34,612 bases of DNA from Chiloscyllium plagiosum (Eukaryota), in assembly GCF_004010195.1 (NCBI RefSeq), contig NC_057720.1:26340694-26375305 (forward strand), in the 5' to 3' direction. Shown one piece after another: positions 11,370 to 21,344 of this stretch. The stretch's first letter is position 1. Every line of letters begins with the position of its first letter. The notes under the pieces were generated by a model, which worked only from the letters and a program-made list of their open reading frames with translations, made no database searches and was not told the DNA's origin. Position numbers and translations under genes: made by a program.

Positions 11370-11911
11370 TGTGACTGACGAGCAGCCTCAGAGCGTACTG
11401 GAAAAGGAAAATATGTAACATTTGGCTGTAAACTAGATATCTCAGCTGTTTTGACCTCCATTTGAATTTAACCAACCAGAATAAATTATACCCCAGGATT
11501 CTAGAATCCAATCAAATTTGAATTTTACTGTTTTGCCAACATCAAACCAATGAGACAATCCAATGAGAGAGAAAGAGAGAGAGAGAGACATCTACAGTCA
11601 GAGGAAGACAGATGCTGATAATGACAGCCACTGACTGGTTTTGAAAATTAAGTTGATGTAATTTTAATAGAGGCTTTTATTGGATCAGTACATTGTCATA
11701 GAGTTGGAGTAGATAACAGACATTTAAGTGAAAGGAGGCTTAGAGTTGTAAATAGTTATTGTTTAATATTCACTTTTAGAGTTAAAGAATAAAATTGAAA
11801 TTTTTCTTTAAATAAGTGGAATTTGGGGATCTCTCTGTCACTCATAATTTGACAGATTATGAGGTGAAGTAAGCTTTTCTGGGTGTTTGGGATAACTGCC
11901 AAGTTGTGACA
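11370..11911 (+). mobile_element. Probable solo LTR
   Basis: Starts TGTGAC and ends GTGACA (TG...CA); internal CCAAT boxes, (GA)n tract, AATAAA near 11788; no clean TSD. Confidence 0.55.
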
Positions 11912-11925
11912 ATCAACTATGTACT

Positions 11926-12221
11926 ATTAGATTAGATTACTTACAGTACAGCCCAACCCGACCCTCCAAAGAGCAACACACCCAGACCCATTCCCCTACA
12001 TTTACCCCTGCACCTAACACTATGGGCAATTTAGCATGGCCAATTCACCTTTCCTGCACATTTTTGGACTGTGGGAGGAAACCAGAGCACCTTGAGAAAA
12101 CCCATGCAGACACGGGGAGAATGTGCAAACTCCACACAGACAGTTGCCTGAGGTGGGAATTGAACCCGGGTCTCTGGTGCTGTGAGGCAGCAGTGCTAAC
12201 CACTGTACCACCATGCTGCCC
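11926..12221 (-). mobile_element. HE1-type V-SINE
   Basis: Minus strand: tRNA-like head with A box (TGGTACAGTGG) and B box (GGTTCAATTCC), V domain TGTGTGGAGTTTGCACATTCTCCCCGTGTCTGC, (AATCT)n tail. Confidence 0.93.
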
Positions 12222-12239
12222 ACTATTCTCCTGAGCCTT

Positions 12240-12520
12240 TCAGACATAGCCGACTGCTGGATGAAGATGCCATGTGATTGGCGCAAACAATGTGGTCTTG
12301 TGGTGCAGGTACCAGAACAATGTGACATACTGATGTGCAATGAGATGTGCGTGCCCTCGACTGCAGACCGCTGCAAAGCAAGGCCACTTGCCTGAATATA
12401 TGACTGCACCAATTGCTGATGCAAGGGCAGACAAAGCACAGCCGGACAGGGCAAGACCTGCATGCTGAGGGCAAGCAGCAGGTACCAGGTGATTGTAGAC
12501 TGAGAAAGCAATGGAGAAGC
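12240..12520 (-). pseudogene. Possible degenerate Harbinger (HARBI1-like) transposase remnant
   Basis: ORF-track peptide contains LSQSTI (cf. ISQSSV), SGLALQRSAVEGTHISL (cf. AGFP.V.GAIDGTHI.L) and SHGIFIQQS (cf. SHD.FIL.QS), in the right order. Confidence 0.42.
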
Positions 12521-13145
12521 ATGGGTAGACAGCCTAGTAACATTTATGTATTGGATTCCTTCCGCAATGTGATACCTGTGCCCACTACAGCTCTACACTG
12601 CTACTTGCCAGTCTTCCCTCATAGACCAGTTTGCTCATGTAGGGCACCGTGCCATTACATTGGAGGGTTCCAGGATGGTGGCCATGCTCCTTAAAGTGGA
12701 GTCCGATATTTGTGGTAGAATTGTACATGCAGTTGGTGCTGGTGGAGCATGCTCTTCTGTCCAGCTTGTCAATGGCCATTGTGGAATTCCCCGAGCAAGT
12801 GGTGAACTGAAGTCATCAGGAACTTGCTTTGGTTTCCATGCTGTTTTCCTGATGGCTAGTTTGTATGGTGAGTTTGGTAAGATTGCATCCAATGGCAAGT
12901 TGAATTCTCAGGAAGGCTTTTTACAAGCAATATGCTGAGATATTTGTATCATCAATAGTCACAGGTGAGGTGTCGGAAGACTGGAGGTTGGCAGACATGG
13001 TACCACTGTTTAAGAAGGGTGGTAAGGACAAGCCAGGGAACTATAGACCGGTGAGCCTGACCTCGGTGGTGGGCAAGTTGTTGGCGGGAATCCTGAGGGA
13101 CAGGATGTACATGTATTTGGAAAGGCAAGGACTGATTAGGGATAG

Positions 13146-13272
13146 AAGAAAGTGAGGACTGCAGATGCTGGAGATCAGAGCTGAAAATGTGTTGCTGGAA
13201 AAGTGCAGCAGGTCAGGCAGCATCCAAGGAGCAGGAGAATCGACGTTTCGGGCATGAGCTCTTCTTCAGGAT
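13146..13272 (-). mobile_element. PLE family A short unit inserted in CR1, 12-bp TSD
   Basis: Flanked by GATTAGGGATAG at 13134-13145 and 13283-13294; the CR1 frame (GLIRDSQH) is restored on removal. Confidence 0.92.
13239..13272 (-). ncRNA. Minimal type I hammerhead ribozyme-like motif
   Basis: Minus strand: auc-CUGAAGA-a-GAGC ucau GCCC-GAAA-C-GUC-gau; stem I auc/gau, palindromic ACGU stem III, GUC triplet; one mismatch in stem II. Confidence 0.65.
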
Positions 13273-13929
13273 AGGGATTAGGGATTAGGGATAGTCAACA
13301 TTACTTTGTGCTTGGGAAATCATGTCTCACAAAGTTGATTTAGTTTTTTGAAGAAGTAACAAAGAGGATTGATGAGGGCAGGGCGGTAGATGTGATCTAT
13401 ATGGACTTCAGTAAGGCATTTGATAAGGTTATTGGTCAAAGTATTGGTCAAAAAGGCATTTGGATGGGTATATGAATAGGAAGGGTTTGGAGGGATATGG
13501 GCCGGGTGCTGGCGGGCCGGGTGCTGGCAGGTGGGACTAGATTGGGTTGGGATATCTGGTTGGCATGGCTGGGTTGGATCGAAGGGTCTGTTTCCATGCT
13601 GTACATCTCTATGACTCTTTAATACATTGCGAACTCACTGCTGGTTAGCCAGAATTTCACTTCACTGCTTGATAAAAAAACAAATAAATGCTGTATGATT
13701 ATCTTAATGTAGAGATGAGCCCTGTCTGATTGTATCACTCATTTCATCATAGACCACCCTGTTCACAACCTGGTAAGATTCCACTCTCAATATTGTAATG
13801 AATCTAAGAATAGACATTGAATGGGCAGAAAGAGTTTGACCATACCACAACCATTCGAACAAATTGACACATGAACAGGGATACATCAAATGATGCCACT
13901 GTGTCAATACCCTTCAGTGCGACACAAAC

Positions 13930-14110
13930 AGACAGGGAGTCCATACAGAACACACAAACAAAAGTGAGCGTGATGGCAGAATTTGCTTATTGGCTCTGAT
14001 CTAGACCATGACCTTGAATCAACGGTAAGGAAATGTAGCAAATGCCAAAACAGTCAAAATAAGCTGCCAAAGCTCCTTGCCAACCATGGTCATGATATAT
14101 GTCGACTTTT
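13930..14110 (+). pseudogene. Degenerate Gypsy integrase zinc-finger (HHCC) remnant
   Basis: DLDHDLESTVRKCSKCQNSQNKLPK, then PWS*/IYVDF, cf. WPGLD.DIE..V..C..CQ..Q..PP...PWSRIHVDF. Confidence 0.75.
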
Positions 14111-14169
14111 ATAAGCAGGTAAACGAAAAATTGAAAGTGGATCCGAACCAAGTGAGGAAGGAAGACATA

Positions 14170-14370
14170 AAGAGCATGAAAGCTAATTACGAAAAGATCA
14201 TTAACCAGGAGGGCTCACTGAATACATAAAGTCTTCATAAATGCACTGAATGGCTAAAGATATAAAATCGATGGAAAAAAAACAAATAGAGCAAATGTGT
14301 GGGATAAAAAAACAAAGAACTTTCTGTGAATAGTGAACTAAAATCCAACAGACCAAAACCTGATTTGTCG
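14170..14370 (+). pseudogene. Possible second degenerate Gypsy gag remnant
   Basis: VFINALNG and VG*KNKELS fragments resemble the gag pattern seen at 2350-2562. Confidence 0.35.
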
Positions 14371-14811
14371 ATGTATTTAAAAAGAAGTTGTTATCATGAT
14401 GAGTGTGATTATTCACAAAGAAGTTTTTATTTGCTTGTTACTGTTGAAGCTGCAGCAAGACATGATTTACTTAAAAGGGACCTGGTCAAGAATGGAGGTA
14501 GCAGAGAAAAGTGTTTGTACATTATAAGCATGTGCATTGTGTAATGAAGTCATTACCCCAGTGAAATGGTCCATCCTGGTGAGTACATTTCTTTGCAATT
14601 GTTTCCCAATGCATAATAGAAAAGTAGGATTCTATTCCACTTGCCAGATCCCTGAAAAATTCACCATTGGGACTGCATTTGAGGCAGGGCTGGGAAAATG
14701 TTAGAATTCGTTCAGCTCCACTCAACATTAGAAGCCTGTGATACAATGGTAATAAGTGAGGTTCCAATAGTAACTGGTATTAAAGGAACCAACTACTATG
14801 GGGAAAGCAAC

Positions 14812-16640
14812 AAATAGAAACACAGGAAATAGGTTCAGGAGTAGGCCATTTGGCCCTTTGAGCCAGCACCACCATTCAATATGATAATGGCTGAATATGC
14901 TACCCAGTACCCTGTTCCTACTTCCACACCATACCCTTTGATCCATTTACCCCTAAGAACTAGATCACCTTCTTGAAAACATTCAATGTTTTGGTCTTGA
15001 CTGCTTTCTGTAGCAGAGAATTCCATAGGCTCACCACTCTCTGGGTGAAGGCATTTCTCCTCACCCAAGTCCTAAATGGCCGACCCTGTATCCTTACACT
15101 GTGATCCTTGGTTTTGGATTCCCCGGTCATCAGTACCTCCTCTAGTCCTGTTAGAATTTTACAGGTTTCTATGAGATTCCACACCAGCCACTCTTCTAAA
15201 TTCCAGTGAATGTAGTCCTCACCAATCCAATTTCTCTTCATGTCAGTCCTGCCATCCCAGGAATTAGTCTGGTAAACCTTGGTTGCACTCTCATTACAAC
15301 TAGAACATCATTCTTCAGACAAGGAGATCGAAACTCACAATGCTCCAGGTATGGTCTCACAAAGGGCCTGTACAATTGCAGTAAGGCATCCCTGTTCCTA
15401 TAGACAAATCCTCTCACTATGAAGGCCAACAGACTGTTTACCCTCTTCTCTGCCTGCTCCATCTGCATGTTTACTTTCAGTGACTTGTGTATAAGGACAT
15501 CCAGATCTCATTGTGCCTTCCTCGTTCCAGATCTATCACCATTCAAATAAAAATGTGCCTTCCTTTTTATACTACCAAAGCGCAAAAGTGATATTTGTCT
15601 GCCTTATACTTAATTTGCCATGCATTAGCCATTTGTGCAACTTGTCCAAATCATACTGAAGCATCTCTGCATTCTTTTCAAAGCTTACCCTCCCACCTAG
15701 CTTTGTATCATTTGTGAACTTGGAGATATTACATTGAGTTTTCTCATAGTGAATAGCTGGATCCAAGCCCTGATCCTTGCAGTCCCCCAATGGCCACTGG
15801 CAAATGACCCATTTATTCCTATTCTTTGTTCCCTGTCTGTCAGCCAGTTCTCCATCCATGTCAGTACACTACCCAATCCCATGTGCTTTAGTTTTACATG
15901 CTAATCTCTTATGCAGGAACTTACCAAACATCCAAGTAAAAGACCAAGTAAAACCCGTCCATTAATTGCTCCCTATCCTCCCCACCAGCTTCATTCTCAA
16001 AAAATTGCAATAGGTTTGTAAGCCATGAATGCAGACTCTGTCCAATCCTGTGACTGTTTCCCACATGCTTTGCTATTAAATCTTTTATAATAGACTCCAG
16101 CATTTTCCTGACTACTGATATCAGACTAATCAATTTATAATTTCCTGTTTTTCTTCAAATCTTTTCTAAATGGTGCCATTATATTAGCTACCCTCCAGTG
16201 TATAGGAATTGTTCCAGAATCTACAGAAACTTGAAAGATGGCCACCATCCCTTATTTTTAGGGCCACACTTCATGAAGTACTCTGAGACATAGATGATCA
16301 GGCTCTGGGGATATGTTAGCCTTCGATCTTATCAATTTGCCCAACATTATTTCCCATTGAATACCGATTTCCTTCTGTATCTCTCTCTCTCTCTCCCCCT
16401 CACTAGACCACGTGTTTCCCAATATTGTTGGGCTATCATTTGTGCCTGCTTTGTGAAAGCAGAACCAATAAATGTGTTTAATTGGTCTGCTGTCTCTTTG
16501 TTTCCTTTATAACTTGTCCTATTTCTGATTGTAAGGGATGTACATTTGTTTTCACAAATCCTTTTCTCTTCACATATCTGTAGATGCGTTTCACAATCAG
16601 TTTTACGTTCAGTGCAAACTTACCCTTGGACTCTATTTTG
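14812..16640 (-). mobile_element. Decayed CR1 LINE (ORF2 RT to 3' end)
   Basis: ISLISVVRKMLESIIKD, LTNLLQFFE, ISKFTNDTKLGG, LYRPFVRPYLEHC, RFTRLIPGMAGL and FTQRVVSLWNSL in successive frames; 3' stem GGCCATTTGGCCC. Confidence 0.93.
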
Positions 16641-18174
16641 CCCTGAAATAATTACAGGAGCAGAATAAACAGTTGCATTTTCTCTTTCATCAACTGCACC
16701 CCAACCAAGATATTGTGGCAAGGTATTGCTCCAGGCTTGTGGTGCCCTCAGAGTGGGCACAGCATTGTTCCATGGCATGGGCAGCATACATATTGAAATC
16801 ATTGACACATTTTTTCCAGTTGTTCAACTAGACATTCGGAGTCTGGGTGTCTGAGGTTTATATAAGATAACAAAATCAATACAATAGGAGGTCCATTGCA
16901 CCAACGCCTGGACTGGACTTTGTGCCCTCCTGTCTCATCCCATTCTGACCCCAGAAGATATCCAGGTACCATGTTTTCATACTAATTTCAAAACTCTCCC
17001 AATAACATGCCCAGTTCAGTCAGAAACCAGAGCTGAGCAGAGTCAATGAAGGGACTTGTTGTATCACACTGGGTGCAGTATGGTATGACTGTCTAATGCT
17101 GGACAATGTGGTGGTGAGGATGAAGTGGTGGGGGGGACAATTTAAAAATTAGTTCTTTTTCAAAACTGGACAGGTGGTGCACTTTTGTAGTAGTTTAGCA
17201 ACAGAAGTTCTATTGATCCAGCTTTAAGTCTAACAACAGACAAAGTATTTCCAATAGAATTTGATTTGAATATATCCATCCACATGTTCAGAGTAAGCCA
17301 TCATTTTTGGTACAAAGCTCTGGATCTGGCAACAAAAGAAGCTGGTAAAGCGCCAACTGTGTTTTCTGTCTGTACGCTTTGTCCCCAGTTTCTGACCAAG
17401 TAATGTCTTCCCCGATAGCATTTAAGCAAGCTTGGGGCAGACTGGGGACTCTGGCACCCTCCTGCCAGTGCATTGATTAAGTCCATGTCAGGCAGCCTCA
17501 TGAATGGCGGTGAAATAGAGAATTGAAATCAATGCCCACATTAAGGGTATCTTGTACTGTTGCTGGGTGAGGTAGCAAGCAGTAGACTGACTATGCAGGA
17601 AGCCAGCAAAGCAAAACCTTTTGGGGTTATCTTGCTGGCTCTGGATAGCTGGGGATCGGTGGGGGGTTATGATGGGGGCATGGATGATTAATTCAAAGGC
17701 AGTGTCTTAGTGAGCTTATTGAGTCGGAAAGGAGCTGATTGCTGAGAGCCACCTTCATGCCATTGCTGTTGACTGCACACTTCCTTTCACTCCTTGTGGC
17801 ACCCTAACACCCTTCCACCTAAGCTTACCCACCCTGGTGGCATCATTCTCTGGCTGAGTTGATTCATGGTTGCGTTCATTACCAATGACAGCCCAAGTGG
17901 CATTATGGAGTAATCTGATTCACTAACAACTCTGACCAGAGCAGGACCTTTCACTCCAGGGTCTTTGTTTCCAGGAAAGACTGCCACGGCCCAGATAAGT
18001 GCTTGAAGCTTGTGGATCTTCCAGGAATGAGATGGCACAGATCTCTCGCCAGTTCATGATTGACACATAAGACCATCATCATCTGTCTAACTTCTACCTC
18101 TAGTCTAAGAAACAAGCATAAAAGATCCTGAAATTTCAGATCAATATGACCTTCCTGGTGATCCATATTAAGTT

Positions 18175-18484
18175 TTTTAGATTAGATTGCTTTACAGTGT
18201 GGAAACAGGCCCTTCGGCCCAACAAGTCCACACCGACCCAGCAAAACGCAACCCACCCAGACCCATTCACCTACACCCAACACTACAGGCAATTTAGCAT
18301 GGCCAATTCACCTAACCTGCACATTTTTGGACTGTGGGAGGAAACCGGAGCACCCAGAGGAAAGCCACACAGACATGGAGAGAATGCGCAAACTCCACAC
18401 AGTCGGTCGCCTGAGGCGGGAATTGAACCCAGGTCTCTGTCGCTGTGAGGCAGCAGTGCTGACCACTGTGCCACCGTACCGCCC
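18175..18484 (-). mobile_element. HE1-type V-SINE, full length
   Basis: GGGCGGTACGGTGGCACAGTGG head, B box, V domain, (AATCT)n tail; possible AAGTT TSD at 18170-18174 and 18485-18489. Confidence 0.95.
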
Positions 18485-19223
18485 AAGTTGAATAAAAGTT
18501 TTTGATTTCTAGGTGAGAAACTCAGGATAGATCTAATAGTTATGTTAATTTTCCGAACAAACTTTCAACTAACACATGAGCTAAAATTACAGGCAAAATG
18601 TTTCATCCACCATCTTTGTTAAAGACCAAACTTCCATTACATTCATTCTCTCCTCGTCACAACTTACTTCATATACTTATACCGTCTGTCAGCAAGGTAT
18701 TCTTGCTGATTACACAACACCAGTTACCATTAGGAGTTAAAGGGATACATTCATTCCACAAGCAATCTTTGCAGCAACAGCAACTGATAAATGACCAACA
18801 AATAAAAAATTAATGTCAAGATATGCAAAGTATTTTATATTGGAATTTAAAAGCAGCAAACATGGTGACTCAATAGGTGAGCCCAATAAGTAATTCACAG
18901 CAGCAGAAAATGCTTAGAAGTGCTAATTGACTAAGTTGTGAACATGTCACCATATTGTATGGAAGCAATTGCCAAGGCAAGTAGAATGTGTTGCATTAGT
19001 AAATCCAGAGAGTGCAGCTTAATGTCATTATTATTAAAGCACCATGTTTCATAAAAGGTGTACTTCATAAATAGCACACCAAAGTCTGGAATAAAGTATA
19101 AGTGGGAAATTGTGCAGACGAACTAGAAACTAGTATCCTTTAAGTCCTTTGCTTTGTTCTTTTTGTTTCCAGTAGTTCTACATTTATCTTTTGTCTCTAA
19201 TTTAAGAAATTGTAACTTTCTTA

Positions 19224-19325
19224 AAAGCACAATACTGCCGATACTGGAAATCTGAAACAACCACATGGTCTGTAGAAAGAGAAACAGAGTTAACGTTTCA
19301 CTTCCAACATAGCTCTTCTTCAGAT
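19224..19325 (-). mobile_element. Old PLE-derived terminal fragment
   Basis: AATACTGCCGATACTGGAAATCTGAAACAA...GAGAAACAGAGTTAACGTTTC...CTTCTTCAG is a reverse-complement relative of 1778-1960. Confidence 0.7.
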
Positions 19326-19554
19326 CAGAGTTTTAATTTGCGTTTACTTTTCTAAATTGATTACTAATTGAATTCATTGATTGGTTTGTAAGGCAGACAT
19401 GACAATGAATAAGGTTAGACAAATGTGACAATGCAGGTAGTGTGCTACTACTGCAAGTGGTGAATTGTGTACAGTACTGTTATCGCTGGCAACCACTATA
19501 TGTGATAGGTGCTGACAGCTCAGTGACTTTGACACAGGTTGTGGTCTACCATCA

Positions 19555-20330
19555 GCCATTGGGAAAATTATTTATTATTAAAGATGGTATTTATTATTAA
19601 AGATGTCTTAGATGATCATAGTCTAATCAGAGTGAAAGTGACTTTACGAAAGGGGAATTTGTGTTTAACAGATTTCTTAGAGATTTTTGGGGATGCAACC
19701 AGTAGATTAGCTAAAGATCAGTCAATAGGTTTAGTATTGTTGGATTTCCATAAACTATTAAATAATGTGCCAGACAAAAGGTTAATACGCAAGTTAAGGG
19801 TCCATAATGATGGTGTTATGTGTTAGCATGGATAAAGGATGAGTCAACTGACATGAAGCAGGGAGCCAGGATAAACTAGAATTAATGGAGTGCTGTATGG
19901 ATCAGTGCTGAGCCTCAACTATTTAAATTCTACAATTAATTACTTTGCTAGAGAGACTGAGTGTAATATATTCAGTTTTGCTGACAGTACAGAGCTAGGT
20001 GAGAATGTAAGCTGTGATGAGGATGCCAAGGGCTGCAGAGAGGGGTAGACACATTAAGTAAGTAGGAAACAAGGTGGCGGATGAAGTAAAAGGTGGGAAA
20101 TGTGTGAAATTTTGACAATGGTAATAAAAAAGCAGAATACGTGAAATATTTCAATTATGATATGCAAAGAGATTCCTATAGGACTGAAATTATGGGATAT
20201 TTCTTCACTCAGAAGATTGTACTTTATGAAATTCTTAACCCCGAAGAGTTAAGAATGATCCGTCTTTTAATCTATCCAAGGCTGCGTTAGATAGATTTTT
20301 GATCACTCAGAATTAAGGGTCTTGGGTGGC
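19555..20330 (+). mobile_element. Old decayed CR1 ORF2 fragment
   Basis: RKGNLCLTDFLEIFGDATSRLAKDQSIGLVLLDFHK..NVPDKRLIRKL; later YGSVLSL (PQGSVLGP-like) and FADST (FADD-like). Confidence 0.85.
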
Positions 20331-20569
20331 TGCATTACCAATAACAGACACCATCTCCCCTGCGGGCAATGCACTTCTGAGCAATGCAAATCTGCTAATA
20401 TCTGATTGGCCAGCAACGTTTGGAGGACAGGATGCTACCCCAAGGGCTCTTGATTCTGAGGAAAGCCAATTCAGGCCATGTTACGTGCCTTCTTATTTAT
20501 GTCATTAAAGACTGGTGTGGAGGAAGTGGATTCAGGTCATGAGTAACTTGCACGAGGAGTGAAGAAATA

Positions 20570-20873
20570 TAACAATGTGATAGTCTCCCCCTGAAGAAAA
20601 GCCCATAGTTTTAGGATAAGGGACAGAAAATTTACAACAAGGATAAGGCGAAATTACTTCTCTCAAAGGATCATAATTCACGACCCCTGATTGTGGAGGA
20701 TGCTGGGACACTAAGCAAATTTAAGGAGAAGATGAACAAATTTTTCATTGGTAATGGTTTGAAAGGTTGTTAAAAGCAGGCAGGAGAGTGCAGCTGAGGC
20801 TGAAATGGGGCCAGCCATAACATTAATGAATGGCAGATCAGGCACAAGGGGCTGAATTGCCTACTCCTGTCAT
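20570..20873 (+). mobile_element. Old CR1 3' end
   Basis: NYFSQR-like coding end and 3' UTR GGGGCTGAATTGCCTACTCCTG. Confidence 0.75.
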
Positions 20874-21091
20874 TGTAATGAAGTCAGCCAGATGAACCTA
20901 ATAAATATGAGGTCCTTGTTTGGGGTTGTTACTCTGGTCAAATTAGGGAGTGCTGGCTGACAGATATAAACAGGACAATCAGAAATTCTGCTCACTCTGA
21001 GAGTTGGCTCTGAGAAAGCTGGACCAGTTTCAAGTACTATGCACATGTAAATAAAAGATGACGGGATACCAGCTTCTGTGGAATTATTTCA
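20874..21091 (+). mobile_element. Probable short solo LTR (218 bp)
   Basis: TGTAATG...ATTTCA ends, TATA-like GATATAAA at about 20963, AATAAA at about 21050; interrupts a CR1 3' terminus; TSD not clear. Confidence 0.6.
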
Positions 21092-21344
21092 TTCCGCTCT
21101 TAGAGTTTCTGTTCTTAGATTCTTATTTACCATGCTAGGGCCAATGTTCCTGTTTACTGCATAACTGTAGGGAAGTGGAGATGACTTTAAACTAAATAGT
21201 AGAGTCAAGGGATCAAATTTGAGAACGTATTAAATCAAAGAGTAGATCAAAGGGAAAGTTATGAATACAGGAAATGATAAAGGTGAAATAAAGGAGCAGA
21301 GTACAAATTTAAGTGTAAACTAACTGACAATACTGAAATTAAAA

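Larger units (their letters stand above)
12936..13618 (+). mobile_element. CR1/HER1 LINE, 5'-truncated and internally deleted (RT N-terminus joined to 3' UTR)
   Basis: EDWRLADMVPLFKKGGKDKPGNYRPVSLTSVVGKLL ... FFEEVTKRIDEGRAVDVIYMDFSKAFDKV, then a jump at about 13430-13450 to the 3' end with TCTATGACTC tail. Confidence 0.93.

Noticed and set aside
12020..12234. Recurrent peptides such as HLxCTFLDCGRKPEH and TVAQWLALLPHS as a gene family
   Set aside because: These are translations of HE1 SINE copies (also 18146-18486, 23740-24057, 30391-30844).
13271..13290. Interstitial telomeric repeat (TTAGGG)
   Set aside because: Period is 7 (GATTAGG) and the sequence is copied from the CR1 target site.
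17288..17473. RTE LINE ORF2 remnant (ITWSETGDKAYRQ vs LLYGSETW..YR)
   Set aside because: Only a faint single-motif resemblance; insufficient to call.
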